A stretch of 54,084 nt of DNA, from positions 1 through 54,084 of the IMG/VR virus record IMGVR_UViG_3300048686_000814; one strand, written 5' to 3'. A model generated the notes under the pieces. That model was given only the letters and a program-made list of their open reading frames with translations, ran no database searches and was not told the DNA's origin. How positions within the stretch are numbered: the first letter of the stretch is position 1; every line of letters begins with the position of its first letter. The translations under genes and the position numbers were made by a program. Shown piece by piece: positions 1 to 10,092 of the stretch. The DNA comes from a virus (taxonomy: Duplodnaviria; Caudoviricetes).

Positions 1-2683
1 CAAGGTACCCAGGGGTTACAAGGTACTCAGGGGGTTACAGGGACTTAGTATACAAGGTACTCAGGGGTTACAAGGTATACAAGGACAACAAGGTATACAA
101 GGTTTTGGTTATGAACAAAACCAAGGTATACAAGGTACCCAGGGGTTACAAGGTACCCAGGGGTTACAAGGTATACAAGGACAACAAGGTATACAAGGTT
201 TTGGTTATGAACAAAACCAAGGTATACAAGGTACACAAGGGTTACAAGGTACACAAGGTGTACAAGGTATACAAGGACAACAAGGTATACAAGGTTTTGG
301 TTATGAACAAAATCAAGGTATTCAGGGTACTCAAGGTATACAAGGACAACAAGGTATACAAGGTTTTGGTTATGAACAAAACCAAGGTATTCAGGGCACT
401 CAAGGGCTAAGGGGTATCCAAGGCACTACTGGTAGTCAAGGTAATCAAGGTGTACAAGGTGTACAAGGCCGAGAAGGTATTCAAGGCATAGGAGGTATAC
501 AAGGAACATCTAGCGGATATAGTCAAGATTGGTTGTTTGATACTAATACAAATTTAGGTACTACAGCTAATAAGGTTAGATTAAGTACTAGTTGGGCTAG
601 CGGTGCTGTATTTAAGTTATATATAAATAATTATAATGCTGATGGTAATTTAACTACAAATTGGTTAAATTCACTTTCAACATTTGGTACAGATAATAGT
701 TATTATGGTACTATTTCTATATTTACAATTGGTGACTCTACTAGGCGACTAATAGGAAAAGTTACTAGTATTATTAATAATACTACATATTACACACTTA
801 ATTGTGAGCCTGTTGAGACAGATGGCATATCACCGGTATTAAATCAACGAGTAACACTTTCATTTGCGCCTGCAGGTCAACGTGGTATACAGGGTGTACA
901 AGGCGTACAAGGTCATCAAGGTGTACAAGGTCGTCAAGGCATACAAGGTCCACAGAGTACACAAGGCATACAAGGTGAGCGCGGAGAAATAGGGCCAGGC
1001 TTTAGAATTACTATAGTTTACACAACTGTAGCCGACCTATTAGCAGATTTATATCCAGCAAATACTGAACCAGGAAATTTTGCATTAATTAATACAAATC
1101 CACCAACTGATCCTGATAATAATAAGGTTTATTTATGGACAGGGCATCCAGGTAGTGGAGGTAGTGGCTGGGTTTATCAAATAGATTTAGACGGTAGTCA
1201 TGCTGTACAAGGTATACGCGGTCCACAAGGTACTACCGGACAAGGTATACAAGGTATACAAGGTCAACAAGGCACACAAGGTGATATAGGATTACAAGGC
1301 ATAGATGGACAGTATGCTGGACAGGGTATACAAGGTCAGCAAGGCACACAAGGTAACATAGGATTACAAGGTATACAAGGTCCACAGAGTACACAAGGTA
1401 TACAGGGACAGCAAGGCACACAAGGTAACATAGGATTACAAGGCATACAAGGTCCACAGAGTATACAAGGCATACAGGGCTTACAAGGTTTTGGTTATCA
1501 ACAAAATCAAGGTATACAAGGTCCAGCTGGTTCTTATGGAAGTGGTGGATACCAGTACTATAATTTTACAGGTAATGGGACTCAAACACAATTTGTAATT
1601 ACTGGCGCTAATAATTTAACTAGTTTAAATATATTAGTATTAGAAAACGGTATTTTGCAACGTCCAGATATAGACTATACAGTTATTGCACCAAATGTAC
1701 TAAATTTTGTTATTGCTCCTCCTGTAAACATGAACATTCAAGTACGTGTGTTAGCAGGCGGGCTGCAGGGTATTCAAGGTTTTGGTTATCAACAAAATCA
1801 AGGTATACAAGGCGCTCAGGGTTTAGCTGGGCAATACGCTGGACAAGGTGACATAGGATTACAGGGTATACAAGGTTTTGGGTACGAACAAAATCAAGGT
1901 GTGCAAGGTATACAAGGTCATCAAGGTGTGCAAGGTGTGCAAGGTCATCAAGGTGTGCAAGGTGTGCAAGGTGTGCAAGGTCTACAAGGACTTTCAGTAG
2001 CTTGGCAGAATAATTGGAGTAACTATACTATATCATTTTTGCCGAATGATTATTTATTAAATGATATAGTATTTTATAGAGGTGCTAGCTATATATGTAT
2101 AACTCCACATACTAGTACAAATGATTTAACAGCCACTGGTTATCCCGATCAATCTGCTAATTGGAATTTAGTAGTTAGTCAAGGTGTACAAGGTATACAG
2201 GGTCAGCAAGGTACACAAGGATTTGATGGTATACAAGGTGCTCAAGGTTTAGTAGGAATACAAGGATACGGTTGGGCACAACAACGTGGTATTCAAGGTA
2301 CGCAAGGTGTTCAGGGTCGAGATGGTCAGTTTGTTGCTCAAGGCATACAAGGTCCAACAGGTAGAGCTGGTGGAGATGTTATAAAAACCTATAACATATT
2401 AAATGATTTTACAGCACCAATTACAGGATCACAAATTTTTGTACCAGCATCTAATACTAGCATAACAAAATTACAGATTACTAATGGGGAGCCAGCAAAA
2501 GTAGATATTACATTAGGTTTATATAAAAACAACAATTTATTAACATATATTACCCTATCTTCAGGTTTAATATCATATATGTTAACTGGTTTAAATTTTA
2601 GTATAAGTATTAACGATTATATAACGGTAAACGTAATAGCTGGTTATGGAAAAAATATGTCTCTTACATTGTTAAATACTTAA
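1..2683 (+). CDS. Collagen-like (Gly-X-Gln) tail fibre/virion protein, 5'-truncated at the window edge
   Basis: Frame 2 is open from 2 to 2683, so the ORF-track TTG start at 533 is internal. Long QGIQG/QGTQG/QGVQG runs alternate with globular inserts: a tail repeat ([27 protein letters not shown]) and a CBM5/12-like segment ([22 protein letters not shown]). Confidence 0.8.
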   Translation, partial: KVPRGYKVLRGLQGLSIQGTQGLQGIQGQQGIQGFGYEQNQGIQGTQGLQGTQGLQGIQGQQGIQGFGYEQNQGIQGTQGLQGTQGVQGIQGQQGIQGFGYEQNQGIQGTQGIQGQQGIQGFGYEQNQGIQGTQGLRGIQGTTGSQGNQGVQGVQGREGIQGIGGIQGTSSGYSQDWLFDTNTNLGTTANKVRLSTSWASGAVFKLYINNYNADGNLTTNWLNSLSTFGTDNSYYGTISIFTIGDSTRRLIGKVTSIINNTTYYTLNCEPVETDGISPVLNQRVTLSFAPAGQRGIQGVQGVQGHQGVQGRQGIQGPQSTQGIQGERGEIGPGFRITIVYTTVADLLADLYPANTEPGNFALINTNPPTDPDNNKVYLWTGHPGSGGSGWVYQIDLDGSHAVQGIRGPQGTTGQGIQGIQGQQGTQGDIGLQGIDGQYAGQGIQGQQGTQGNIGLQGIQGPQSTQGIQGQQGTQGNIGLQGIQGPQSIQGIQGLQGFGYQQNQGIQGPAGSYGSGGYQYYNFTGNGTQTQFVITGANNLTSLNILVLENGILQRPDIDYTVIAPNVLNFVIAPPVNMNIQVRVLAGGLQGIQGFGYQQNQGIQGAQGLAGQYAGQGDIGLQGIQGFGYEQNQGVQGIQGHQGVQGVQGHQGVQGVQGVQGLQGLSVAWQNNWSNYTISFLPNDYLLNDIVFYRGASYICITPHTSTNDLTATGYPDQSANWNLVVSQGVQGIQGQQGTQGFDGIQGAQGLVGIQGYGWAQQRGIQGTQGVQGRDGQFVAQGIQGPTGRAGGDVIKTYNILNDFTAPITGSQIFVPASNTSITKLQITNGEPAKVDITLGLYKNNNLLTYITLSSGLISYMLTGLNFSISINDYITVNVIAGYGKNMSLTLLNT
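71..390 (+). repeat. Four near-identical ~59-bp coding repeats ([19 protein letters not shown])
   Basis: caaggtatacaaggacaacaaggtatacaaggttttggttatgaacaaaa(c/t)caaggtat starts at 71, 167, 263 and 332. Confidence 0.9.
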
Positions 2684-2712
2684 TTAATAAATACTTTTTT
2701 TGGAGAATTTTA

Positions 2713-5700
2713 ATGGCAGTAACTATAACTGAAACTGGTAGAAATAGTGCCACCGTAACATACGGTGGCATTGCAACAGGTGCAGACATATGGGATACAT
2801 TTAGAGCTGTTGATAAATGGATTAGAAACGATACTTTAAGCGGTACAGTAACAGCATCAGCATCAACAGTTACAGGTACTAATACTGTATTTCTTAAGCA
2901 GTTAACTGCTGGCGATCAAATAATGATTGGAAGTCAGGTTAGAACTGTTGCTACTGTACCGAATGATACCACATTTACAGTAACTTCAGCATTTAGTCCA
3001 GCAATAACACTACCTTCATCAGTTCACTATATACGAGGTAGTTTAACAGGTACTTCTGCTGCTACTACAGTTAGAGGCACTACTAATGGGACTGTAGCAA
3101 CTACTGCAGGAAGTACTACAGTAACCGGTACAGGTACGTGGTTTATGAGTTGCGCAACTAATTCTATAGTACCAATTCTTTTATCAGGTACAGTAGAAGT
3201 ATCGTCAACAACGGATACTCCTGCTAATACAATTACAGGTATAGGTACAAGTTTTGCTACAGGAGATCACACAAGTTCAACTAGACTACAACCTGGAGAT
3301 TGTATTACAGTAGTATCTAATGGTCGTAGCTTTTATTTTGAAGTAGACCAAGTCAGTAGTGATTTGAGTGTTACGGTAGTGTCTGGCCCAACAACTGCAA
3401 TAGCAGCAGGTGCTCAAATATATAAAGCTACTAATGGTGCTACAGGAAGAACTATCAGTATTAATGGGCAAATACGACAGATAACAGCTTTAACTAGCAA
3501 CACTTCTCTAACTGTTAATGCGCCATTTGATTTTACCGACTCCGGCATGCGTATGAAAACATATCCACGAGGAACAGTTGCTAATGCTGTAGCCGGAACA
3601 AGAATTCAATCTACTGGTTGTAGTAGCAGCGGCACGGTATTAACAGTTGCAGCAACACTTACTGGTTTAGTAACTGTAGGATCTGCTCTACAAGTTACAG
3701 CAGGTACAGGTGCACTAGCTACCGGCGTGGCAACTACTATACTTAATCAAATAACGGGTGGTAGCGGAGCATCTGTTACTAGTGCTAGTTGTAGCGGTAG
3801 CTCCGGTACTAATACTATTACTCTTGGCGCCACTAATAGTTCTATTAGAGTTGGGCAATTATTATCTGGTAATGGTGCAACTATAGCTGGTATAGAGCCA
3901 GACACATATGTAACAACTATTAGTGGAACAACTGTTACGTTAAGTAAAAATTTAAGTGGCACTTTAAGTGGCACAACAGTTCACTTTTATAATCCAGGTG
4001 GATTAGGTACATATACATTAAGTGCAACACCAGGAACACCATTAAGTGCAGCTACAGTAACATTTAGCACTATTCAAGGTACTAATGCTAATTTTGCTTG
4101 GGATCTTGCTGATGGTGATCAAGTATGGATTGGTGATGAGCTGAGAACTTTTAAGTTTTCCACTAGTGGTACAGGAATAACATCTACAACAACAGGTGGT
4201 GCAGTAGATATAGGATATACTTTAGATTATGCTACTTATACCGGTACTACACCTATACACACTATGCGACAGCTATATCAAGGAGTACTATTACGCCCTG
4301 AAGAAAGTTATATTAATGGTACAGGAACAGCATTTTTAACAGAACTACGTGTTGGTGACGAATTAAATATAGAAGGTACAGATGTTATAGTAAGCCAAAT
4401 TTTAAGTAATACTAGATGTAGAATAACTACAGATTTTAGTCATACTCTTGGTACTAGTAGCACTATATATAAAAAATTAAAAATACACGGCAATGTACTT
4501 GAAGGTAATAGAGATGGTGGAACTACACCAGGCAATAAATTTAGCCAAGCAACTACAATATTAGCAACCACAAATAGCGTTTATTTAGCAGGTACAAATC
4601 AAATTACTGTAGCAAGTGCTACAAACTTTAATCAATATAATTTAATTAAAATACATGGTGCAGGCGGAGCACCAGTAGTATTAAGCGGAACTATCAATAA
4701 TGTAACCGCAAGCACAACTGTTACAGGTACAGGAACCTTATTTACTACTCAATTATTTATAGGTGCTGAAGTTTCTATAGCTGGGCAATATTTTGTAGTT
4801 ACAGCTATTGCTAGTGATACTTCAATGACAGTTAATTCGGCTATGACTGTAGTTGGACCAACTCCAATATATCGAACAATACCTCACTATTCGGCTATTG
4901 CATCAGCATCAGGAGTAGCCGCTGTTACACTAGCACAGCCTATTCAACATACAGTGTATGCTACTGCTGCTAATCCTTGTATTGTTTATACGCCTAATAC
5001 AGGAGCTGATTTTATTGAATATGTATATTCTTCACCTAATAAAAGTGCTGAAGCAAGTACAGCATTACTTAATACTAGTTTAGACAGAAAGTATTTTGGA
5101 TTTAGATTTTATCCGCTAATGCAAAATGCAACGACTTATAGCACAGGAAATGTTATAAGTGGATATACTCCAACTGCAACTGCAACTATTTCAACAGCTT
5201 TAAGTGGTTGGAACACTCCTGTATATGAGCGTTGGGCAGCTGGTTATGCTGGCACTGGTGGTGTAGGTATTAATTTAGCAGATTGTTCTGGTGGTACTGT
5301 TATGATTGGTTCACAGCCAACTACAACAACCTTTACACTAAGTAATTTAATTTGCGGCAGTGTTGCTGTACCAGCTACAACTACACAGTATTCTCCATTT
5401 GCAGCAGGTGTTGCAGATAACGTAGTTACAGCTATATCAGGCGGAACAGTAAATGCATCTGCTTCTACATATACAATGACTTTAAGCCCTACTATTGCTG
5501 CAAATTCAGTTGTAATAGGCGGCATAAGCACAGTTTTTGATACACAAATAGGTACACAAACTAGTGGTGGATCACTATATTTATTTGGCAATTCTAGATA
5601 TTTTTGCTTGCAAGGCAAAAGCCTAGCTAATGTGCCTACAAATTGGATAGGTTGTTTTGAATTTGAGCGCGCTCAACCAGAAGATTTAGGAACAGGAATA

Positions 5701-6549
5701 GTAGGTACTACTGGAGTTACTATAAGTTCATTTAATTTAGCTGGTGGTGTAGCAGCAGGTAGCACATTTTTAACAGAACCGGCAAAAAATCAAGGTATGG
5801 GTGCTTCAGCAGTTCTTTATGCTTCAGGTGCAACACCATATCCGTGCTATGGCTATATAAACGGTCAACGAATGCCTGTAGGAGCTTCACAATATCCTAG
5901 CTTACCTGGACCTGGAAATGCTCCGGTACATGGAAATGTAATATCTGTGCCTCGTGTACGATCATCACCTACAGATCTAGTTGGTGTTAATGCGCATATA
6001 TATAGTGCACTTACTATTACTTTAGGTAGATGGGGTCACATGTATGATTTATCAGCTACTGGAGCATATATTAGTCCTGGAACTATTGCTTCAAATGGTT
6101 TACCTGTTCAAACCACTACAGCACCTGCTACAGCAACTGTTGATAGTATACCACAACCACATTTAGGTCAAATAGTACCAGTAAATACTAATCTATATGG
6201 TGGAAAACGTTTTATGTTTAGTCCTATAGTAGTTCTTGGTAATGCAGTTGATCCTGATATACGTGGTAGAATATACGGATTAAAAATAGTATCTAGTAAT
6301 TTAGGAACACTAATGGATACTGTTTCAATTAATATTGATAGTAATCAATTTTATGATGCTGGTGGTACTACTACAGATCATTGGTTATTAACAGCAGCTG
6401 CGCGTACGTTTAGATATACTCTTCGTAGTAGAACAGATACTACTGATCCTAGACAAAGTTATAGAAGCTTGGAAGATACTGCCGCACAAACTGCAAATAC
6501 AATTGCAACTGCTTTTGCTAATAATTTTAGAGTAGCATTGGCAGTATAA
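2713..6549 (+). CDS. Large Thr/Gly/Ser-rich tail fibre/receptor-binding-like protein
   Basis: 1278 aa with a recurrent module TVTGTGTxF...L..GD.I.I.G....V..I.S.T...V (about 6 copies). SD ggag upstream; follows the collagen fibre gene. Confidence 0.7.
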   Translation: MAVTITETGRNSATVTYGGIATGADIWDTFRAVDKWIRNDTLSGTVTASASTVTGTNTVFLKQLTAGDQIMIGSQVRTVATVPNDTTFTVTSAFSPAITLPSSVHYIRGSLTGTSAATTVRGTTNGTVATTAGSTTVTGTGTWFMSCATNSIVPILLSGTVEVSSTTDTPANTITGIGTSFATGDHTSSTRLQPGDCITVVSNGRSFYFEVDQVSSDLSVTVVSGPTTAIAAGAQIYKATNGATGRTISINGQIRQITALTSNTSLTVNAPFDFTDSGMRMKTYPRGTVANAVAGTRIQSTGCSSSGTVLTVAATLTGLVTVGSALQVTAGTGALATGVATTILNQITGGSGASVTSASCSGSSGTNTITLGATNSSIRVGQLLSGNGATIAGIEPDTYVTTISGTTVTLSKNLSGTLSGTTVHFYNPGGLGTYTLSATPGTPLSAATVTFSTIQGTNANFAWDLADGDQVWIGDELRTFKFSTSGTGITSTTTGGAVDIGYTLDYATYTGTTPIHTMRQLYQGVLLRPEESYINGTGTAFLTELRVGDELNIEGTDVIVSQILSNTRCRITTDFSHTLGTSSTIYKKLKIHGNVLEGNRDGGTTPGNKFSQATTILATTNSVYLAGTNQITVASATNFNQYNLIKIHGAGGAPVVLSGTINNVTASTTVTGTGTLFTTQLFIGAEVSIAGQYFVVTAIASDTSMTVNSAMTVVGPTPIYRTIPHYSAIASASGVAAVTLAQPIQHTVYATAANPCIVYTPNTGADFIEYVYSSPNKSAEASTALLNTSLDRKYFGFRFYPLMQNATTYSTGNVISGYTPTATATISTALSGWNTPVYERWAAGYAGTGGVGINLADCSGGTVMIGSQPTTTTFTLSNLICGSVAVPATTTQYSPFAAGVADNVVTAISGGTVNASASTYTMTLSPTIAANSVVIGGISTVFDTQIGTQTSGGSLYLFGNSRYFCLQGKSLANVPTNWIGCFEFERAQPEDLGTGIVGTTGVTISSFNLAGGVAAGSTFLTEPAKNQGMGASAVLYASGATPYPCYGYINGQRMPVGASQYPSLPGPGNAPVHGNVISVPRVRSSPTDLVGVNAHIYSALTITLGRWGHMYDLSATGAYISPGTIASNGLPVQTTTAPATATVDSIPQPHLGQIVPVNTNLYGGKRFMFSPIVVLGNAVDPDIRGRIYGLKIVSSNLGTLMDTVSINIDSNQFYDAGGTTTDHWLLTAAARTFRYTLRSRTDTTDPRQSYRSLEDTAAQTANTIATAFANNFRVALAV

Positions 6550-6550
6550 A

Positions 6551-6943
6551 ATGGCAGCTATACTAGGTGATTTTTCAGGATTTTCAATCAATAACAGCCA
6601 GGGAAAAATACAACGTATTTTTCCCTTAGCAAGTGCTAGAGCTAACACAACTAGTGGAAATATAGCTAAATTTAATGTAAGTGCTAGAGAAATTAGTAAT
6701 AATTATTTTACAATAACTAGTAAATTACAGCAACCAATACCAGTATTAAAATCGGCTTTAAACCTAGATACTATATCTAATACTGCAGGAAAAACAGTTG
6801 ATAAAACTATTGTTTTAGCCTTGCCAGCAACAATAGATCACTTAAAAGCATTAAATTTTATAAATAAATTTAAAATAAGTGCGTCTGATAGTATAGCAAT
6901 CTATTCTTCGTCTACAAAAGTTCCTATTCAATTTTGGAGTTAA
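6551..6943 (+). CDS. Hypothetical protein (tail-associated?)
   Basis: 130-aa ORF packed directly behind the fibre gene. Confidence 0.6.
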   Translation: MAAILGDFSGFSINNSQGKIQRIFPLASARANTTSGNIAKFNVSAREISNNYFTITSKLQQPIPVLKSALNLDTISNTAGKTVDKTIVLALPATIDHLKALNFINKFKISASDSIAIYSSSTKVPIQFWS

Positions 6944-6950
6944 TTTTTAA

Positions 6951-7175
6951 ATGGAAACCTTATATAATGAACTAAACAATGTATTTCCAAATCAGTGGTG
7001 GTTTTATGAAGTGCAAGGTTTAAATTACTATGAAGCTTCTGATCGATGTGTTAGATTAACAGCTAATCCCTCACACGTAGTAAACTATTATGGAAAATTA
7101 ATTTTTGCCTCTGTAGATAAAATACCTAGTGATGATATACCTTGGTTAGTATTAATTGGCGGTCCCGCTAATTAA
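6951..7175 (+). CDS. Hypothetical protein
   Basis: 74-aa ORF with upstream ggag SD. Confidence 0.6.
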   Translation: METLYNELNNVFPNQWWFYEVQGLNYYEASDRCVRLTANPSHVVNYYGKLIFASVDKIPSDDIPWLVLIGGPAN

Positions 7176-7179
7176 TACT

Positions 7180-7731
7180 ATGTTTATATTAAATTTTATA
7201 CCGGATTGGTTCTTTCCACTATTAGCTGTAGCTTGTATAATTTTGTTTTTTGCTACTAGATTTTTTGCACAATTAATTCCGCAAGCAAAATTAATACACT
7301 ATAGTATGATTCCACTATTTGCACTCTCACTATTTTTAATGGGTGCAAATTGGAATAATAATTATTGGCAAGAAAAGTTAACTGAAGAGACTGCCAAAGC
7401 AGAAGCTGCAGCCAAGCAGCAAGAAGTAGTAAATCAGCAGTTAAAACAAGAACGAGAAGCTAAACTGCAACAACTTAAAGACAGTGCAGAGCGTGAACGT
7501 CAGCAAAATAAACGGTTTATTGAGGTACTTAAATCAAAGGACGCTACAGTGCAAAATGTGTTAGCCACGCTTAGTAAAGCTGAACAGGATAAATATGCTG
7601 CACTAGGCGAAAAAGATAAACTGGCAGCTAATAAAAAACTGGAGGATGTGTTAGCTAACGCCAAAAACTGCCCAACTGTGCCTGAATTGTACCTAGAAAA
7701 ACTTAATAATACTGCTAAGGGTGCAAAATAA
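7180..7731 (+). CDS. Rz-like inner-membrane spanin
   Basis: N-terminal hydrophobic helices, a long coiled coil and a C-terminal CPTVP..LEKLN motif; directly upstream of a lipoprotein and an endolysin. ATG at 7180 preferred. Confidence 0.7.
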   Translation: MFILNFIPDWFFPLLAVACIILFFATRFFAQLIPQAKLIHYSMIPLFALSLFLMGANWNNNYWQEKLTEETAKAEAAAKQQEVVNQQLKQEREAKLQQLKDSAERERQQNKRFIEVLKSKDATVQNVLATLSKAEQDKYAALGEKDKLAANKKLEDVLANAKNCPTVPELYLEKLNNTAKGAK

Positions 7732-7994
7732 TGAAATTAGTAATATTAGCACTAGCTAGCACACTATTAGCTGGCTGCTTCCAAACATTTAAGGTTAATC
7801 CACCCTGGCCACAAATAGCAGATTCAGCAATGCTTAAACAATGCGATCAACTAAAGTTGGCTAATACGCAGGATGTAAGCATGGCAGAGCTTGTAGATTT
7901 AATACAGCAAAACTACAATTTATACCATATGTGTAAGTTAAATAATGATAGTTGGGTACGGTGGTATAATACCCACTGGAAAAAGGAGAAGTAA
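7731..7994 (+). CDS. Rz1-like outer-membrane lipoprotein spanin
   Basis: Lipobox LLAGC, Pro-rich PPWP, and a NY..YH.C...W pattern. Confidence 0.75.
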   Translation: MKLVILALASTLLAGCFQTFKVNPPWPQIADSAMLKQCDQLKLANTQDVSMAELVDLIQQNYNLYHMCKLNNDSWVRWYNTHWKKEK

Positions 7995-8608
7995 TGGAAC
8001 TAACACAAGATCAATTAAAACAAATAATTCCAAAGAACCAATATGTTAGTTACTGGTATACTGCTCTACAGCAATTATTACCACAATATGAAATAAATAC
8101 TGCAGACCGCATAGCTGCCTTTTTAGCACAGTGTGCACACGAGTCGGGCGGTTTTGTGTTTATTAAAGAAAACTTAAACTATCGCTGGCAAAGTCTGCGT
8201 AAAACATTTCCCAAGTATTTTCCTACAGATGCATTGGCGCAGCAATATGAGAAAAAGCCTGAAAAGATTGCTAACCGTGTATATGCTAATCGCATGGGTA
8301 ATGGTCCTGAAGAGTCAGGAGACGGATATAAATTTTGTGGACGTGGATTGATACAAGTAACTGGCAGAGAAAACTATAGTTGGTTTGCTGCAAGCTTACA
8401 GATTAGTCCTGAAGAAGCTAGTGAATATATGGAAACCTTTGAAGGTGCTGCACAAAGTGCATGTTGGTTTTGGGAATCAAATAATCTCAATCAGTGGGCG
8501 GATAAACAAGATATACTTACCCTTACAAAACGCATAAATGGCGGAACAATTGGCTTAGAAGATAGGAAAAAACACTACGAGCATTGCCTACATATACTAA
8601 GTCACTAA
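7994..8608 (+). CDS. Endolysin, glycoside hydrolase family 19
   Basis: AAFLAQCAHESGGF, ENLNY, YANRMGNG, GRGLIQVTGRENY, TKRINGG..GLEDR. Confidence 0.92.
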   Translation: MELTQDQLKQIIPKNQYVSYWYTALQQLLPQYEINTADRIAAFLAQCAHESGGFVFIKENLNYRWQSLRKTFPKYFPTDALAQQYEKKPEKIANRVYANRMGNGPEESGDGYKFCGRGLIQVTGRENYSWFAASLQISPEEASEYMETFEGAAQSACWFWESNNLNQWADKQDILTLTKRINGGTIGLEDRKKHYEHCLHILSH

Positions 8609-8628
8609 AATAGTCTAAGGAGACTAAT

Positions 8629-10092
8629 ATGAGAAAAGTATTAGCCTTTATTACAGCTTTATTATTTGGCTTAGTAGGTCCAAGCCTTGCTCAACAAACT
8701 CTTATCAACCAAGCTCCTTATACAAGTACGAGTTTAGTTGATACTAATAGTACTAGTAATAGTACAAGTAATGTTACTACCAACAATACCACTACTTCAA
8801 CCACTAATAATACTAATACAAACATTCAGAGTGGTACAGTAACTAATAACAATGTTATGAGCGGTAGTGTAACTTATACTAATAATAATGTGCAAAGCGG
8901 TACATTAACTAATATTAATCAAAATACCAATACTAATACAAACACTAGCACTAATACCAACAACAATATACAAAGTGGTACTGTAACTAATAATAATGTT
9001 ATGAGCGGTAGTGTAACTTATACTAATAATAATGTGCAAAGCGGTACACTAACTAACATCAATCAAAACACTAACGCTACTACAAGTGATAACACGAATA
9101 GAACTATAATGAGTGGTAGTTTAACTAATACCAACATCAATACCAACAACAACATCAACTCTGGTGATCAAACAATTCGCAATGTACAGAGTGGTACAGT
9201 AACCTATAATAATAACAATGTAAATAGTTCTACATCAACTAGTGATAATACCAATCGCAATATCATGTCAGGCACTGTGACTTATAATAACAACAATGTT
9301 ACAACTAGCAACAATGTCAACCAAAACATTAATTCTGGTACAATGACGTATAACAATAATAATATTAACACTAGTAACAGTACTAACACTAATACAAATA
9401 ATAATATTAATACTGGTGACATGACCAACCGCAACATCAATACATCTACCAGCACTGCGGTCAATACCAATCAAAACAATAATGTCAATACCAGCACCAG
9501 TACCAGTAGAAATGTCAACACTAATAACAATATTAATACTGGTGATCAAACTGTGCGTACTGTACAAAGCGGAGGCACAGACAATAAAAATACCAATGTC
9601 AATACTAACGAAAACAAGAGTACTAGTACTAATACCAATAATAATGTACAAACAGGAGACATGACCAACCGTAATATCAACGACACTAGAATAACACAGA
9701 CCATACGTCAACCGCCCCCAACAGCAGTAGCACCAGCCATGATGAGCATGGGTCAAGATCTTTGTGTGACCGGTGTGAGTGGTGCAGCACAAACACAGGT
9801 GCTTGGTATTAGTTTTGGTGCAACACAGCGTGATTTCAACTGCGAAAGATTGCGTCTAAGCAAAACACTATATGACATGGGTATGAAAGTCGCTGCTGTA
9901 GCCACTATGTGTCAGGATCGTAGAATATGGGACGCCATGATGGCTGCAGGTACACCATGCCCAATAGAAGGCAAAATTGGTGATCAGGCACGTGAAGCGT
10001 GGAAAAAAAATCCACACTTAATTCCTGATCCTGTAGAAAAACTAGCTGTAGTTGATGACAATTACGAAGATCGCGTAAGGTATCGCAGGTAA
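8629..10092 (+). CDS. Secreted Asn/Thr-rich repeat protein with Cys-containing C-terminal domain
   Basis: Signal peptide (MRK..PSLA), about 330 aa of N/T-rich repeats, and a C-terminal PPPTAVAP..DLC..CERLRLSK..MCQD..GTPCP domain. Confidence 0.8.
   Translation: MRKVLAFITALLFGLVGPSLAQQTLINQAPYTSTSLVDTNSTSNSTSNVTTNNTTTSTTNNTNTNIQSGTVTNNNVMSGSVTYTNNNVQSGTLTNINQNTNTNTNTSTNTNNNIQSGTVTNNNVMSGSVTYTNNNVQSGTLTNINQNTNATTSDNTNRTIMSGSLTNTNINTNNNINSGDQTIRNVQSGTVTYNNNNVNSSTSTSDNTNRNIMSGTVTYNNNNVTTSNNVNQNINSGTMTYNNNNINTSNSTNTNTNNNINTGDMTNRNINTSTSTAVNTNQNNNVNTSTSTSRNVNTNNNINTGDQTVRTVQSGGTDNKNTNVNTNENKSTSTNTNNNVQTGDMTNRNINDTRITQTIRQPPPTAVAPAMMSMGQDLCVTGVSGAAQTQVLGISFGATQRDFNCERLRLSKTLYDMGMKVAAVATMCQDRRIWDAMMAAGTPCPIEGKIGDQAREAWKKNPHLIPDPVEKLAVVDDNYEDRVRYRR
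8830..9071 (+). repeat. ~100-bp near-identical direct repeat inside the Asn-rich gene
   Basis: SGTVTNNNVMSGSVTYTNNNVQSGTLTNINQNT is encoded at ~8830-8928 and ~8973-9071 with few synonymous changes. Confidence 0.85.

Noticed and set aside
71-390. Regularly spaced repeats as a CRISPR array
   Set aside because: The repeats are ~59 bp and in-frame coding, the spacers are the same GXQ sequence, and there are no cas genes.
45-410. ORF-track ORFs 45-254(-) and 105-410(+), and similar ones at 1233, 2175 and 9268-9792
   Set aside because: Shadow frames of the collagen or Asn-rich repeats; the real frame is continuous.
8830-9071. Repeat pair as a DGR template/variable region
   Set aside because: Differences are synonymous rather than adenine-specific, both copies are in one gene, and there is no reverse transcriptase in the window.
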